Part shown: positions 27,205-41,590 of the stretch, in pieces | Numbering within the stretch: position 1 is the first letter of the stretch | Layout: each line of letters opens with the position of its first letter | From: Mizuhopecten yessoensis | Lineage: Eukaryota | Assembly: GCF_002113885.1 (NCBI RefSeq) | Contig: NW_018405300.1 | Coordinates: 413,913-477,912, forward strand | Reading direction: 5' to 3' | Length of the DNA stretch: 64,000 nt | Translations under genes and position numbers: made by a program | Notes under the pieces: model-generated | What the model saw: the letters and a program-made list of their open reading frames with translations, nothing else | Databases searched by the model: none | Told to the model about the DNA's origin: nothing

Positions 27205-28219
27205 TTAGCTTATGCCGTGGTGCGGCGTTCGTCCGGCGTCAACATTTTACTTTAAACGACTTCTTCTTAATAACCGAAAGGCCTAGGGTGATGATATTTG
27301 GCCAGAAGCAAACTAGGATGAAGGGCTACCAAGTTTGTTCAAATAAATGACCTTCATCTATTTTTAAGGTCACATGGGGTCAAATATGTTTAAAAACTTT
27401 AAACAACTTCTTCTCAATAACCAAAAGGCCTTGGATAATGATATTTGGCCAGTAACATGCTGGGATGAAGGGCTACCAAGTTTGTTCAAATAAATGACCT
27501 TCACCCATTTTCAAGGCCACATGGGTCAAATATGTTTAAAAACTTTACACAACTTCTCCTGAATACCCAAGAGGCCTAGAACAATGATATTTGACCAGTA
27601 TCATGCTCAGATGAAGGGCTACCAAGTTTGTTCAAAAAAACGACCTTCACCTATTTTCAAGGTCACAGGGGTCAAATATGTTTAAAACCTTCAAATAACT
27701 TCTCCTGAATATCCAAGAGGCATAGGCTAATGAAATTTGGCCAGTAACATGCTGGGATGAAGGGCTACCAAGTTTATTCAAATGAATTACCTTCATCTAT
27801 TTTCATAGTCACAGGGTCAAATATGTCTAAAAACTATAAACAACTTCTTCTCAATAACCAAAAGGCCTTGGATGATGATATTTGGCCATTAACATGCTGG
27901 GATGAAGGGCTACCAAGTTTATTCAAACAAATGACCTTTACTCATATTCAAGGTCACAGGGATCAAATATGTTTAAATCTTTAAATGACTTGTTCTGAAT
28001 ATTCAAAAGGTCCAGGGTAATGATATTTAGCCAGAAATATGCCGGAACGGAAGGCTATAAACTTTCAAGATCGCAGGCGTCATATGTTTAAATCATTTAA
28101 TAGATTCAAATGGATCGAACACAGATATTTTGCCTGTAGCTGTATATTAGTCCACTTTTAAGATTACAAGTGTGAGATTAATACCAGGTGAGCGATTCAG
28201 GCCAATTGGGCCTCTTGTT
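27205..28219 (+). mobile_element. Second HINE directly abutting the first, ~146-bp core x5-6
   Basis: gatgaagggctaccaag at 27317, 27464, 27610, 27756 and 27901; ends caggtgagcgattcaggccaattgggcctcttgtt. Confidence 0.8.
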
Positions 28220-28498
28220 TTTAAATAAAACTGATTTTTATGATATGGAAGATTAAGAATACTGAATTTGTGACTTAAAACAAGTAAAAATGAAAAGAAA
28301 ATACCAAACAATGTTTCGCCCTAAAAAAAATGTTTTAGGACGAAACAACCTAGCGCGAAACAACCTAGGGCGAACGGGATTTGGGGCAAAATAACCCGGA
28401 ACCGATTATCACTGGTATATTACAATGAGACGAGTGATGTTGACAGAAACCTAATCTATTGATACATCAACGTGTGTTTATATTCTAGGTTACAAACC

Positions 28499-31400
28499 AT
28501 GGAAGGCTTTAAGCATGTATTCATGCGTCTTTGTAAAGAAAACCACATTGAACCCCAGGATTGTGTTTTAGTCCAATTAAAAAGGTGAGGAAAGAATTAA
28601 TTCTCATTTATAATGTATACATGCAATTGCAACATTCTTGACTATTGAGTGTTCATAATGATAATGGTGTGAGTGAACTTACAATTAAAGAGTCTCTTTT
28701 CATTTAAATTTAAACATATCAGTGTTTCATTGTCATATGACCTCTATCCATAAAAAATACCAGTATGATAGTTTCAATTGTTAATTGTAAACTGTATCAA
28801 CTGTAAGATTCATAATTAAGGAAGGTACAGTTAGAAAATCTTTCAACCATTATTTAGATATGAAATATTTGCTGTATGTATTATTTAATACTTGTACAAA
28901 CATTTTACTTGGTATTGTCTATCATATAATGTTAACATTGAGATAATGATTTAATATGAGGTGATTACAAAAGTTACATTTCTATTGCAGTCTTGATAGC
29001 AGTAAAGGGAAACATGTGTTAGATCTATCTACAAACAGTTTATCAGCTAAGACATGCCATGCCCTCGGGAAAGCAATAGCCACAGACAAGAACTTCAGAG
29101 AAATCAAGTTTGCTGATTGCATGCTTAGTGAAGATGGTATGACAATAAAAAACAAGTTTCCACTTTAATTCTTGATGTATATAAATCCTAGAAGAAAAAA
29201 GTTATCAATATGTTTGATGTTCAGAAATAATTTGTTATAAGTATGCTTGGAAATTCAGGATTAAAACATGTACAAATAGAGTTATATCAACATTATTGTT
29301 TAAATTTACAGGTGTAAAAGGACTAGCCTATGGATTTTCCACAAATAACTATTGTAAAAAGCTTGACATGAAGGTGAGAATTTTTTAACTTATCATGCCT
29401 TAAGTTATAGATATTATGTATCACACAGAAATGTTTTAAACGGTACTTCAAAGTCGTCGCTAAAAACATGAAATAATGAAAAATATAGCCAAGTAATAAA
29501 TATGTAATATAATTGTATATATTTATTTAAACACCTTTTACTTTTCTTGATAAATTAACAACTGCTAGGATATACATGTATGATATATGATAAATGAACG
29601 TCATGATATTTAATGAATGTCATGTTTTTTTGTTACTTTATAAATATGCACAGTAGTCATCATATCAAGTGATAATTATTGAGATTTAGTTAACTTGTTC
29701 ACCATCTGGCATATATACACTGTACAGTGAATGTACTGTAGTTACCAGTATGATCCACTTATCTCATCTGCCATCATTTTTGCAGAACTCTCAAATATCC
29801 AGATATTTTCCTGTGAGAGAAATAATATGAAAGTTTCTTCAGTAGTCCATAGACTAAAACATGAAGAGAAGTTGCTAAGACATTAATACATAACCTCCTC
29901 CTCTACATTCTAGGGAAACAACATTCGAGGAACAGGTGTGGACTTCCTGGGTAAAATGCTGCGACACAACCACACCCTCCTTAGGTACAAGGCTTACATA
30001 TATCCACACATTTGAATGATTCCTTTGTCATAAAATAGACTAAATACTAATGATAATTTTGTTGTATACGATACTGTCAAAACAGAGTTATGTAACTAAG
30101 CAAAATTAGTATTTTTTTGTAATAATAATAACAGACATATTTGTTTTGGTATTAAACATTTTAAATATTTTGTGTACATGTCAGGTGGTTCCCCTTCAGA
30201 GTGTTTGCTGAATACAGTACAAAGTGTATTTTATTAATATTGATTGACATTCTAACTCGTCACATTTTTTCCTGTACAAAGTTTGTGTCTGGAGTGGAAT
30301 GCCCTGGGGATGCTGGATAACTCGTTTGCTCTGTTCTGTGAGGGAGTAGGCTCCAATGATACTCTCCAGGCTCTAGACATCAGAAACAACCAAATCAACC
30401 ATGACGGAGCAGTCGAGCTTGCCGCGGGGCTCAAGAGGAACAGCACACTGAGGTCTCTAGGTAAGGAACCATACAGGATCAAAGTCATTTACAGCAGCAT
30501 GTAACACTGTTTACTTTAAGCTCTTTAAATGGTATTTAACTACTTACTATACACTCAATTTAAATATTATCAAATAAACTATCACGACTTTATAAATTTT
30601 TAGCATAATTTTTATTTAAAAGCTATTTCAACGAATGTAATACAAACAAGGTTTTAGTTTCTAAACATTAATGTTCTTCATCAACAGATTGCTGAATTTT
30701 AAAATGTGTTAATTAAAATGGAATTCTATTTATGCATAGTAGTACTTGTAATTACTTTTGTATATGACCTTGTGAGATTTTGATACAATGTTTATAAAAG
30801 GATACACCTACATGATATAACTAAACCTGCTGTACATTCCACTTGTGTTATTTTGGATACATTTATAAGTCGGTGCATAATTGTTTTGTTTTTCAGATCT
30901 ACGATGGAACAATGTTGGGCTGCTGGGAGGGCGTGCTCTGCTAGAAATGTTACAGATCAATAAAACACTGTGTAGGATGGAGCTGGCTGGAAACAACATT
31001 CCTGTAGACATCTTAAAGTCCATAGGTAAATCACTGCTCTGGGTCCTTTCTCTTAGTGCCATGATAAGGTTGTTGTCTGCAGGTGAAAGGTTATAAGCAT
31101 GGGACTGAGAATAGGACTAGGACACAGTAAAGGTAGAAGTAAAAGTGCTTCTAGAGACAAATTCAAAATACTTGGATTGTGCTACAATTTTTCTTTTTTC
31201 ATCTGATTTGTTTAACCTGATTTGACATGTTTGTATAATCAAATAATATAATGTAAATTATATTTTGATTATCATTTCATTATTATATCAAATTATCCAG
31301 GTTATCACTTCAGTTTAAAATGACATGCTTTGTGTTACAGAGACAGCCATCAGTCAGAACGAGGACCGTGCCCTAGTGACAGGAGAGTACAGTAAAAAGA

Positions 31401-34400
31401 TCACATTAATGACCAAGCATGTGAAACAGATTGAGCATGACAAGTCATTACAGGTAGGGACATGACAAGTCATTACAGGTAGGGACATGACAAGTCATTA
31501 CAGGTATGAACATGACAAGTCATTACAGGTAGGGACATGACAAGTCATTACAGGTAGGAACATGACAAGTCATTACAGGTAGGGACATGACAAGTCATTA
31601 CAGGTAGGGACATGACAAGTCATTACAGGTAGGAACATGACAAGTCATTACAGGTAGGGACATGACAAGTCATTATAGGTAGGGACATGACAAGTCATTA
31701 CAGGTAGGGACATGACTAGTCATTACAGGTAGGGACATGACAAGTCATTACAGGTTGGTACATGAGAAGTCACTACAGGTAGGGACATGACAAGTCATTA
31801 CAAGTAAGAACATGACAAGTCACTACAGGTAGGGACATGACAAGTCATTACAAGTAAGAACATGACAAGTCATTACAGGTAGGGACATGACAGATCTCTA
31901 TAAGTAAGTAACAGGAGAAGTATTTACTGGAAGGAACATGAAATTAAAGGTCAAAATAGGTTAGAATGTGACAAGACTCTAGAGGCAAAAAAGCATGACT
32001 GCACCTTTCCTTCAATGACTCATTGGTGATGCTAGGGGCTAACAAGTTGGTCTTAACTACTGCTGAAATAGAAAGGGAAGTGCATAAAACCCCTTAATTT
32101 TATCAATTTAAAATTTAAAAGTATTCCTTCTTTTAAAATAAATACTGAGTAAATGTTTACATAAAATGAACTGTGCCACTACTCTAAAGATATAGCTGTA
32201 GCTATCATGGTTATGGCAAACCTAGGGGACAAAGACATCCACTTTTCTGTTAAATGTAGAAATATTCTTATTTTGTAAGACTGTTTGGGATGAGAACATA
32301 TATTATGATATGCAGAAAATGAATGTGTGGTGTAATGTTTTCAGTTTTTACCTAGACTATTGACCTACTTGTTACTACTATTTTAGATGAATGACCTGAT
32401 GGATACTATAGACAAACAAGAAGAACTACTACGCCGATCTAAAAGGTAAAATGTCAAAAATGATAATGTTATAGAAGCATTTTGCTCAGTGGTACCAAGT
32501 GAACTATTTATGTTAATGAGGTGACTTGATCAAGTGCAAGTTAACTATTTATGTTAATGAGGTGATTCGATCAAGTGTACACTTGCTATTGAAGTGACTT
32601 AAACAAGTTTACTATTTATGTTATTGAGGTGATTCATGCTAATGAGGTGACTGAAACAAAAGAAACAAGCTTGATGAGTAGACATGAACAAGGTTACTTT
32701 TGATATTAAAATTTTAAAGGAATCTGTGTTTTAAGTGTTTGATCGGTCTAAATATTGACTTGATTTTGTTTAACAGGTCTTCTTCTGATAAAATCACTAA
32801 TCTACACGAAGCACTAGAAGAGAGGAAAGCTTCTTTTAACTCTGTTGCTTCCAAGTAAGTAATAAGATATACTATACTTACACTTATATACTGGAATAAG
32901 CTAAATAAAACGGATCAAAATGCTGCAAAAAACAAGAGTAATAACTCTTTCAAAAATTACTGAATTTAACTTAAGAATGTGAAAGCACAACTACATGTCA
33001 CGCTAATAAATCATGCCTACTTATGTTGAATCCTGTCGTATGATGTGTGACATTGCCATTTATGCTGAATAGTGTTCCTTGTTATGTCTCCCCTTCGAAT
33101 GAAGGGAGATATATTGTATTAGTACTAGTTCTTCTTCTTCTGGTTCTTCTAATCGCATCTTGTCCAGGCCATAACTTTTAAACCGTTAAAGACATCTTGA
33201 TCAAACTTGAACTATACCTGCATCACCCACAGAAGATGTGCAATGCACTAGAATCGGGTCGTGTGCCCCCACTATATACAGAGTTATTGCCCTTTGTTTA
33301 TTTTTAATAACGAAGATTGTCCGTAGCATAAGTTCAATGTTATTTCACCTACGTTGACCAAACTTACCATATTTATGTATCTTGGGAAGGCAGAATCTGT
33401 CACACTAAAATCAGGTCTTGGCCTCACTTGGCCCTTTGTTTATTTTTTATATCGAAGTTTGTCAACGGTATACATTTTTAACCGTTAAAGATATCTTGAT
33501 CAAACTTGAAGTATACCTGTAACACCCACAGAAAGTGTTGGTGCACTGAAATTAGGTCTGGTGCCCCACTATATACAGAGTTATGGGCCTTTGTTCTTAA
33601 ACAAATTGTTCAAACAATATGAACCAGAATAATTTAAAAGTTGAATGGTTTTAAAGTTTACACACCTTAATCTTGATGTGACCTTTCTATTCTTCCAAAA
33701 AAAGTTCTAGTTGTTCAACATTTTACATTTTCTAATATTAGTACCATTAGGATGGAGGGTAAATTTACAGGTTAAAGATAATTTGCAATAAAGTTCGTTA
33801 TAAAATGATTTTTCATGTAACTAGTTGTAATATAAATAAATAAATAAATATAGAACGTTTGATATAGCACCCTATCTAGCTAGAATAAGCAACTCTCAGG
33901 CGCTTTACAGTACATATATATACAATTTATACAATCAATACAACTTATATATACATTAATCAATACAAGTTGAGGATTTTGCAGGAGCTGCCTTATCAGG
34001 CGCTAACTATTAGTCCTATGCCACCTGGCTAATATCTCCCTATGTGTGTATGCCTGGGGGTTTGCTGGAGATGTATAGTTATGTGCACTATTTACGTGTA
34101 ATTAAAGACGGTATTTAAAAGTGAAAGCAGATCTCTATTTGTTTTTTTGTGACAAATATCCAATCAGGAGGTGCTGAACATCAGTGTAGGGGGCTCACAG
34201 TCTCATTTGTGGTCTAGCCGAGGTAAAATTGCTGGGGTTTCTGTCCGTCCGTCCGTCTGCACTTAGGTTAAGAAGAATGGTTTAGGTCCGTTTCCAAATT
34301 ATTAATTATCCCACATCAACTAAACTTGGCTTATGTATCTAAGGATGCTTATCAAATGTGATGCATTGGATGCTTCTGAGCTACATTTTCTGCTTCAGTG

Positions 34401-37400
34401 ACCAGGTTAAGAAGTTTGGTTAAGGTCAGTTACTAAGTAACTACTTGTCCTACATCAACTAAACTTGCATTGCTTTTGTATCTAAGGATGTTTATCACAT
34501 GCGATGCTTTGGATGCTGGTTCTGACCTACATTTTCAGCTTCAGTGACCAGGTTAATAAGATTGGTTAAGGTCAGTTAACTACTTGTGGTACATCACATG
34601 TGATGCTTTATGTACTGTAGGAATCGGGCCATATCGCCATTGGTGGTTTCTTGTTTAAGTATTTTATTTTACTAATTGATTTACGCTTGAAAGTATCAAA
34701 TTTATCATAGGCTGATTTTCACTGTCTATGAAACACCTCCATTGTCAGAAAGTTGTCTTATAAACTAGGTACAATGTCTCATTGTGTCTGTATCACGCTC
34801 TGTTGAATCCAGACTTGCCATGACAGAGTCGGAGCTTGCCCTCACAGAGCAGAAATGTAATGATTACTCCATGCTCATGAACAAACTAAAACAGGAGTTG
34901 TCGGAGAAGATGGGCGGGCACCAGGAGGATCTACGCAGATACCAGGAGGTGAGCTGGAGTTCCTCCTGTAAAATTCTGATATCTGATACTTTTCATAAGT
35001 CACGAAAGTTGAATTGTTTTTGTGAAATGGCATTTTTTCTGCACATTTGTAAAAGTTGTACTTTCATTGAAAACTTTGTAATGCAACTGTTTATCAGGAC
35101 TTGAAGTGTAACAGCATAGGAAGTTAATTGGTTTTAATGTTTTCTGTTTTCTTATGATGTGAGATCGGTATGAAAAAAACAACCAGAGCTAAAATTAGGA
35201 ACAGATACAAAAAGTGATTCTTGTATTTGAGTTCAATGTCTCCCCTTTGAGTACAGGAATACACATTGTATTAGCAATGGTTTTGCTGGTTCAGGGTTTC
35301 AAAAAGTCTTGTCTGAGCCAATTGTTGTTATACAATTAAATACTTCTTGATGAAAGTTTAAACGTACCAGCATTACACACAGAAAGTGTGCAGTCTATAT
35401 TGTAGTAAGGTTAATCTGGCAGATCAAGGCCTGGGGCCACATAGTAATTTTAACAAAATTTGTTGTGGCCATAAGTTTTGGACCATTAAAGATATTTTGA
35501 TGAAATTTGAAATGTACCAACATCATACAGAGGTGTGTAGTATACTGTAAATATGTCATTCTTGGCTTCATTTCAGCATCAGTAGTCAAACAGTTCTTAA
35601 TTTTTAATCAAGTTTATCTGGTCCACCCATTTTAAACAATGAACATTACAATATTTGGATGTAACATACATTTTAAACAATACATTTTAATTGTTTTAGG
35701 ATCGTTCTGTAACAGAGGCTAAACTATACAAGGAGGTGTCAGTGGCACACGACAAGAACATCCAGCTAGAGACCAAGGTATGTATACATTTATAGGGACT
35801 TGTATCTCATCAGTTTACTCGAAAAACAAGTCATGATTTACACAGGAAATAGAAATACAATTAATATGCTTGTTCAGAGAGTGAGATTGTTTCCATATAT
35901 AAAGAATATCCCATGTTTTTTTCTTTTCTTCCCAGTTGGAGGATGCAGAAAGGAAATGTCGGCTACAGCAGGACCAAATCTTTGAGCTGAAGGAACAGAT
36001 CACACACTTAACAGCTGAACTCAAACTTAAAGGGACACATTTTGATGGTAACTATACGAAAACAAAGTAAATATTTTCAGACACATCAAGTTGATTTCTA
36101 TTTTGTTCAGATTACTTGTTCTAAATTAATTTATTTTGATAAATAAATGAGCTCAGGTTTGAAGACAAAGTAATTGTTCATAGAAGCAGTAGGCATTTCC
36201 TCAACTCTGAGTGGTTTTTATGTACCATATTTGGTAAATCTAGACAAGAGGCCCAAGGGCCTTAGTGGTCACCTGAGTACTGGTAGCTTTATTTTATGGT
36301 TTAGATGTGATGTGGAAATCAGCATGTAAACTAAGTGAAATGCGATACTTGTCATGTAATCAAAGGATAATGATTTTAAAATATTGGTGAATGTTCCCTT
36401 TCCCTTTGGAGCCCCGCCCTAGCCCCTGGGGATGGGGTAGGAATTCCAATTTTACAATTTAATACCTTCATCCACCAAAGATGATTTTGACTAAGTTTGA
36501 ATAATTTTCTGCTGAAAATGGATAAAATATACCCAAAAGTGTTGTTTCCCTATATAAACTATAGTAAACTTTACCCCCTCCCCAAGGGAGAACGGATAGC
36601 TCGGGGGTCCTGAAATTTACAATTTAAATAAAGCCCCTATGATCTTTCCATCCATGCTGAGAAAATGACTGTTATTCCTCTGAGTCAGGAGAAGAAGATT
36701 TTTGAAATATTGGTTAATTTTCCCTTTGGGGCCCCACCTTGGCCCCTAGGGTTGGGGTAGGAATCCTAATTTTACAATTTAAAACCCTCATCCACCAAAG
36801 ATGATTCTGACTAAGTTTGAATACTTTCCTACAGAAAATTGTCAAAATATACTCAAAAGTGTTGTTTCCCAATATAAACTATAGTAAACTTTACCCCCTC
36901 CCCAAGGGAGAACGGATAGCTCGGGGGTCCTGAAATTTACAATTTAAATAAAGCCCCTGATGATCTTTCTATCCATGCAGAGAAAATGACTAGTACCTCT
37001 GAGTCAGGAGAAGAAGATTTTTGAAATATTGGTTAATTTTTCCTTTGGGGCCCTGCCTTGGCCCCAGGGGTTGGTGTAGGAATCCCAATTTTACAATTTT
37101 GAAGCCTCATCTACCAAAGAATGATTCTGACCAAGTTTGAAAAAATTCCATCCACTGGTTCTTGAGAAGAAGTTGAAAATGTAAATATTTATGCACGACG
37201 GTCGACGAAGGACGGAAAGTGATCAGAAAAAGTCACTTGAGCAAAGCTCCGGTGACCTAAAAATACTGTTTGATATCATGAATTATAAACATCAAAGTGA
37301 CAAATACCTTGAAATATCTTACAGAACGACTCCAACAAGAGCGAATAAGACATAAGGATGACTTGAGGGACGCAGAGCAGATCAGACAGAAAGAGGTACC

Positions 37401-39822
37401 AAACACTTATCATAGATGTGTGACTGGCCAGCATGGTTTAAGGTCTGCAGAACCAGCATGGGGGAGTACATAGTGTACTACTAGCATCCTAGCTTCTTGG
37501 AGGAATTTTCTTAAGATAAAAACTGGTTCCATGTGTCTCTAGAGGCTCAGTCTTTGCAGTTACTTTTTTCTCAATTACAGGCGATAGACCAAACGCATTG
37601 ATTATTAATGGTTAATTTTCCCGAGTTGAACATTTCATTAAAATATTCAGATTTCATCATAGATTTTGATTTATGTTTTGTTTCCATAACATTGAATAAA
37701 GATGTGTAGGTATATATGTCAGTACTAAAGTAGAAGATGTTTCCTTGTACAGGTGGCACGAGTTAGACAGGATGCCGAGGAGACGGAGAGTGCCATGCGT
37801 GAGAGGATTCAGAAGCTGGAGATGACAAGACTAGCCTTAGAGGAGGAGATCAGTAAACACAAAAACGCAAACATAAACAACAAACTTCACCACGAGGAAC
37901 AGCTCAGTCTCGCCAAACAGAAACTCCTATCTGAGGAGGTAATATATCCTCATCTAATCATATAAACACACACCATTGCTCAAAAGTATGCTGTACAAAT
38001 AGGTATAATCCAATACACATTTGAAATGGGATTATAATGAAGAGTGGGAGTGCTTATTGTCACAAATTAAAAGAACATCGATATTACTCCTGGTCATCTT
38101 TTGATATCACGGATAAGTGGCCAATTGTTGAATGTTCCTAAAAAACAATAATGTATGCCTGTATGAATATAAAACTGAACAAGATTAATTCAAGCTATAT
38201 ATCATGGGGTTCTTATTATAGCTCAAGTCAGATTGTCTTCAGGAAGGGATACTCTGTATGAAATAAACTGTTATCGAAAGCTTGTATTGACATATTCTGT
38301 GATTGTAGGAACTGCGTCAGCAACATGTGGGGGAGAAGCTGAAGCTTGAGATGCACTTGAAGGATGAGCTGCAGTCTCGGTGTAACCAGCAGTCATCTGT
38401 GGTGTCAGAGCTACAGTCCAAAAACAGCTCACTCACCATGGAACTCGAACTGATGAAAAGGCGGGTCGAAGAGCTCCACCAGGTCAGCCAGTACATATTA
38501 TTGTATCGTCACTTAGGGACTTCCAAGTCCTAAATATGAGTGTCCTGAAGGCAATTTTCTCACTAATTAAATCAAGATCAATGAAACTTCACTGTATGTA
38601 CATACACATTATATACCTATAAACATACACTGTTCTTCTGCATACACAATTACACACCCGTGTCTCCTACACTATTAACATGCAGTGCTCCATTTTGTAC
38701 ACTGTAACATTATATAACTGAATAAGAAATGTATCTCATTCCCTAGCTGGTACCCTCCCCCTTCTCATGGATCTCTAACATTGTACAGCAAAGGAAGAGA
38801 TTATAATTACAGTCAAGTTGAAATCATGATAATAATGTTAACAATGAGAAGCTGAAGATAATTAGAAGTGATTTGTTCACCAATCCACAGGAGCTATCAG
38901 AGAAGAACAGTATGACTCTGTCTGAGGTTGGCAAGGTGAAGATTGACCTGAATCAGACACTCACAAAGCTTGACGGGGAGAGGAAAATACAAGCTGAACT
39001 TAGGGAACAGCTTGGGGAGGCTGACAGAAAGATGTCTGGTAGGTGTAACTATGCTGGTCAAATATGTCTCCAGAAAGCCACACCAAGAATATGTAGTATA
39101 TAGATTGAAAACAATATTGTTTTGGTCCTAGATATACATGCAAGGTTGAAGAAAGAACAGAAATCAATCAAACTAGTCTGGTTATTTTCATGCTAGTCAG
39201 AATTTCGACGAGACATATTGTGGTGCGGGAAATAAGGCCTATAAACTAATTAATTCATGATTGATTTAATTCGGAATATTTGAGTGTAGAAATGATGGAG
39301 TTTTTAATAAAGATACTTCATGATTTCAAGTCTATCTCCTTGCTAGACACTAACAAGAGGTAAACAACCGAAATATCCTGATATTTATTTCCAGCTGTTG
39401 TGTTGCTATTGTTGCCAACTTGCTTTTAATTTCAATCCTGGCTGCCTATGACTAGGATTTACAGATATCATTGTTTGAAGGAAGGTAGTTTATACATGGT
39501 TTTGTTTTATATTTACCTACGTGACTTGCAACAACAGCATTCATGATATATTTGTTAAAACTATTATTAAATGATCATCGGTTAGTCAATAAAAAAATGA
39601 GTATTCAGATTCCTGATTTAACTATTTACTACTATATTTCCAGAACAACTTCTCAGACATCGACAATTACTAGAGGACAAAGATTTAGAGACAGAAGATT
39701 TGAAAAGGCGATTAAAATCGAGGGAGGCAGAACTTAATGGTATAAGAGAGGAGGAGGGCCAACGAGCACAGGTGTTACAAAATGCTATAATGAACTATGT
39801 CAACAAAGTACCTGCTCACTGA
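28499..39822 (+). CDS. LRRC45: Leucine-rich repeat-containing protein 45 (centrosome linker / distal appendage protein), 668 aa, 17 coding exons
   Basis: Exons 28499-28584, 28991-29136, 29312-29373, 29914-29984, 30282-30460, 30897-31025, 31341-31453, 32387-32445, 32777-32854, 34813-34948, 35700-35777, 35936-36047, 37325-37395, 37753-37938, 38309-38482, 38891-39038 and 39644-39822 (2007 nt, phases consistent). MEGFKHVFMRLCKE..EPQD, LEWNALG, DLRWNNVGLLGGRALL..LAGNNIP match LRRC45, followed by a long coiled coil. Confidence 0.93.
31436..31892 (+). repeat. 25-bp tandem array (x~18) made of the LRRC45 exon 7 donor junction
   Basis: Unit catgacaagtcattacag|gtaggga = last 18 nt of the exon + first 7 nt of the intron. 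Confidence 0.95.
33080..33620 (+). mobile_element. Decayed HINE-like element with ~300-bp internal duplication
   Basis: Head ttatgtctccccttcgaatgaagggagatatattg with a (ttc)n microsatellite. aaccgttaaagacatcttgatcaaacttgaa..gtgcccccactatata is repeated at ~33180 and ~33480. Confidence 0.55.
34225..34655 (+). mobile_element. Short HINE-like element
   Basis: (gtcc)n microsatellite, ~140-bp internal repeats (ggttaagaag..ggttaaggtc), and 3' hairpin ccattggtgg plus cttgttt end. Confidence 0.55.
36244..37262 (-). mobile_element. HINE on minus strand with ~303-bp internal tandem core
   Basis: acaagaggcccaagggcct..ggtcacctgag at left and ccggtgacctaaaa at right. Core cctcatccaccaaagatgattctgactaagtttga is repeated at ~36470, 36790 and 37105. 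Confidence 0.75.
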
Positions 39823-41457
39823 TTGGTTCTCACTCCAGTAAACACTACATTGTCAAAGAGATCTTTTAAATTCAACTCTGTGAACTAGAAAGTAGGCCCC
39901 TACCGACAGAATGTTTCAGTGACCAGTTAGAAGATATCTTACTTAACATGCTATCTATGGCTTCAGTACATTCCTGGTAGATAGATTAGAACAATGGGCC
40001 ACCACATACAGATTAACTGCACTGTATCATCACCTCACAAATGATGGAAATTTGAATCGCTGATGTATGGATAATACTTTGGTAACAAGTTGCTTTTCAT
40101 CATAAAATACTCATGTGATGTATGTATTGAAAGAATTATAAGGTGCTTTCTTATCTAATTCGGGAAAAAATACTACACCTCTGTTGAACAGAATGACTTT
40201 TTGTTCTGTCATGAGGTCAAATGAATAAGAGACAGAAATGAACTTGATCCTGTATGACTGCTAAGTAACAACAAAACAACGAAGTAATGTATTTATATGA
40301 ATGTGTAGGTGTTGTGCTGCATGTGAATATCTTGACCGTCCATGTGTAGTTCTGTCTGGGACAGCTGTGATATATATATATATTGAATTATTATGATTGT
40401 TGAGTAATGATTAGAGAGAGCTTACCTGTTTGTATTTAATGATACAGTGTCCTTAGTCAGAGTAGTGATATTTATACAATTTGTACAAACTTCATATTTC
40501 TACTATACATTCATAACTCCTTATCATTCTTGAACATTTCCCCAGTACTTCTATACAGAATAACTTTCTACACACCAGCACACAGCATTTATACAGGGCT
40601 TATTATAAATATTGTTTGATATACAGTACAAGTAAGCTTTAATGTTTCTTAATGCATACTTCATCATGAACCTTGTCATGTATTTTCTCTAGTAGGTGAT
40701 TCTATAATTTATTCCAATATTTGATTAAAAACATTATATGCAATGTACATTTATGACAGTTCATACAACATGCTTCTCTGCATTTATTTTCACTGTGAAT
40801 GTTTTTAACTACCTGTTAAAATTCTAGAGTAGTAAATATTAATATTGTGATTTATTTTTGTTAAAATGTTGTACATTTTGAGGACTTTGTTATACATTGA
40901 TGTAGTTATATCTAGTGTGATAAGTATATGATACATACATGCAGAAATGCAGGTGCACACACAAAATTTTCATGTAAATTCCAATTGTGTCATATACTTC
41001 TTGTAGTATCCATGAATTATCAAATCAGGTTCTGTGTAACTGAAAAGGTTTGTTGTGTATAACCATTCGTAGAAATTAAACCCAACAAACTTTGTTTAGC
41101 TTACAACAAATTTATTTCCATAAGTTTTCCGCGAAAGTTTGTACCACAACACAATCTAAATAGCTTCAAACCACTTAAAAATACTGTTACTCACTAGCAT
41201 TGCACGTGGTACGGTAACGTTTTCTATACTTTGTCCAGTAGTTTTACACACCTGTTAGCTTTTTTTCTCACCAACTGCCAACTAAGTAGGAATGATATAC
41301 TAGAATTGTAACACGAAACGTATCAACTTCACCTTACATTGTTCAACATTACTTTTAACTTTCGTTCATGCAGGAAACAAAAGAGGTAAATGACAATACT
41401 ACAGCTTTGGTTAGTGGTATACTTGTGATGTAAATAAAGATTCCGCAATGAGTGATA

Positions 41458-41590
41458 AGTTGTTTATTGTATTTATATAATTCAAGTTATTTAATTTTCA
41501 AATTTCAAAAAGACACGAGGTTTACCCAGTGTCTTTTTGAAATTTTAATGTTAAATAATTTAGGTTATATAGACATTATAACAACTGTAA
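41458..41590. repeat. ~130-bp imperfect palindrome between the convergent LRRC45 and SGSH 3' ends
   Basis: aaatttcaaaaagacac gaggtttaccca gtgtctttttgaaattt core with extended AT-rich arms. Confidence 0.75.

Noticed and set aside
25557-27984. Several 70-236-aa ORFs
   Set aside because: They lie within HINE tandem cores and show no recognisable domain.
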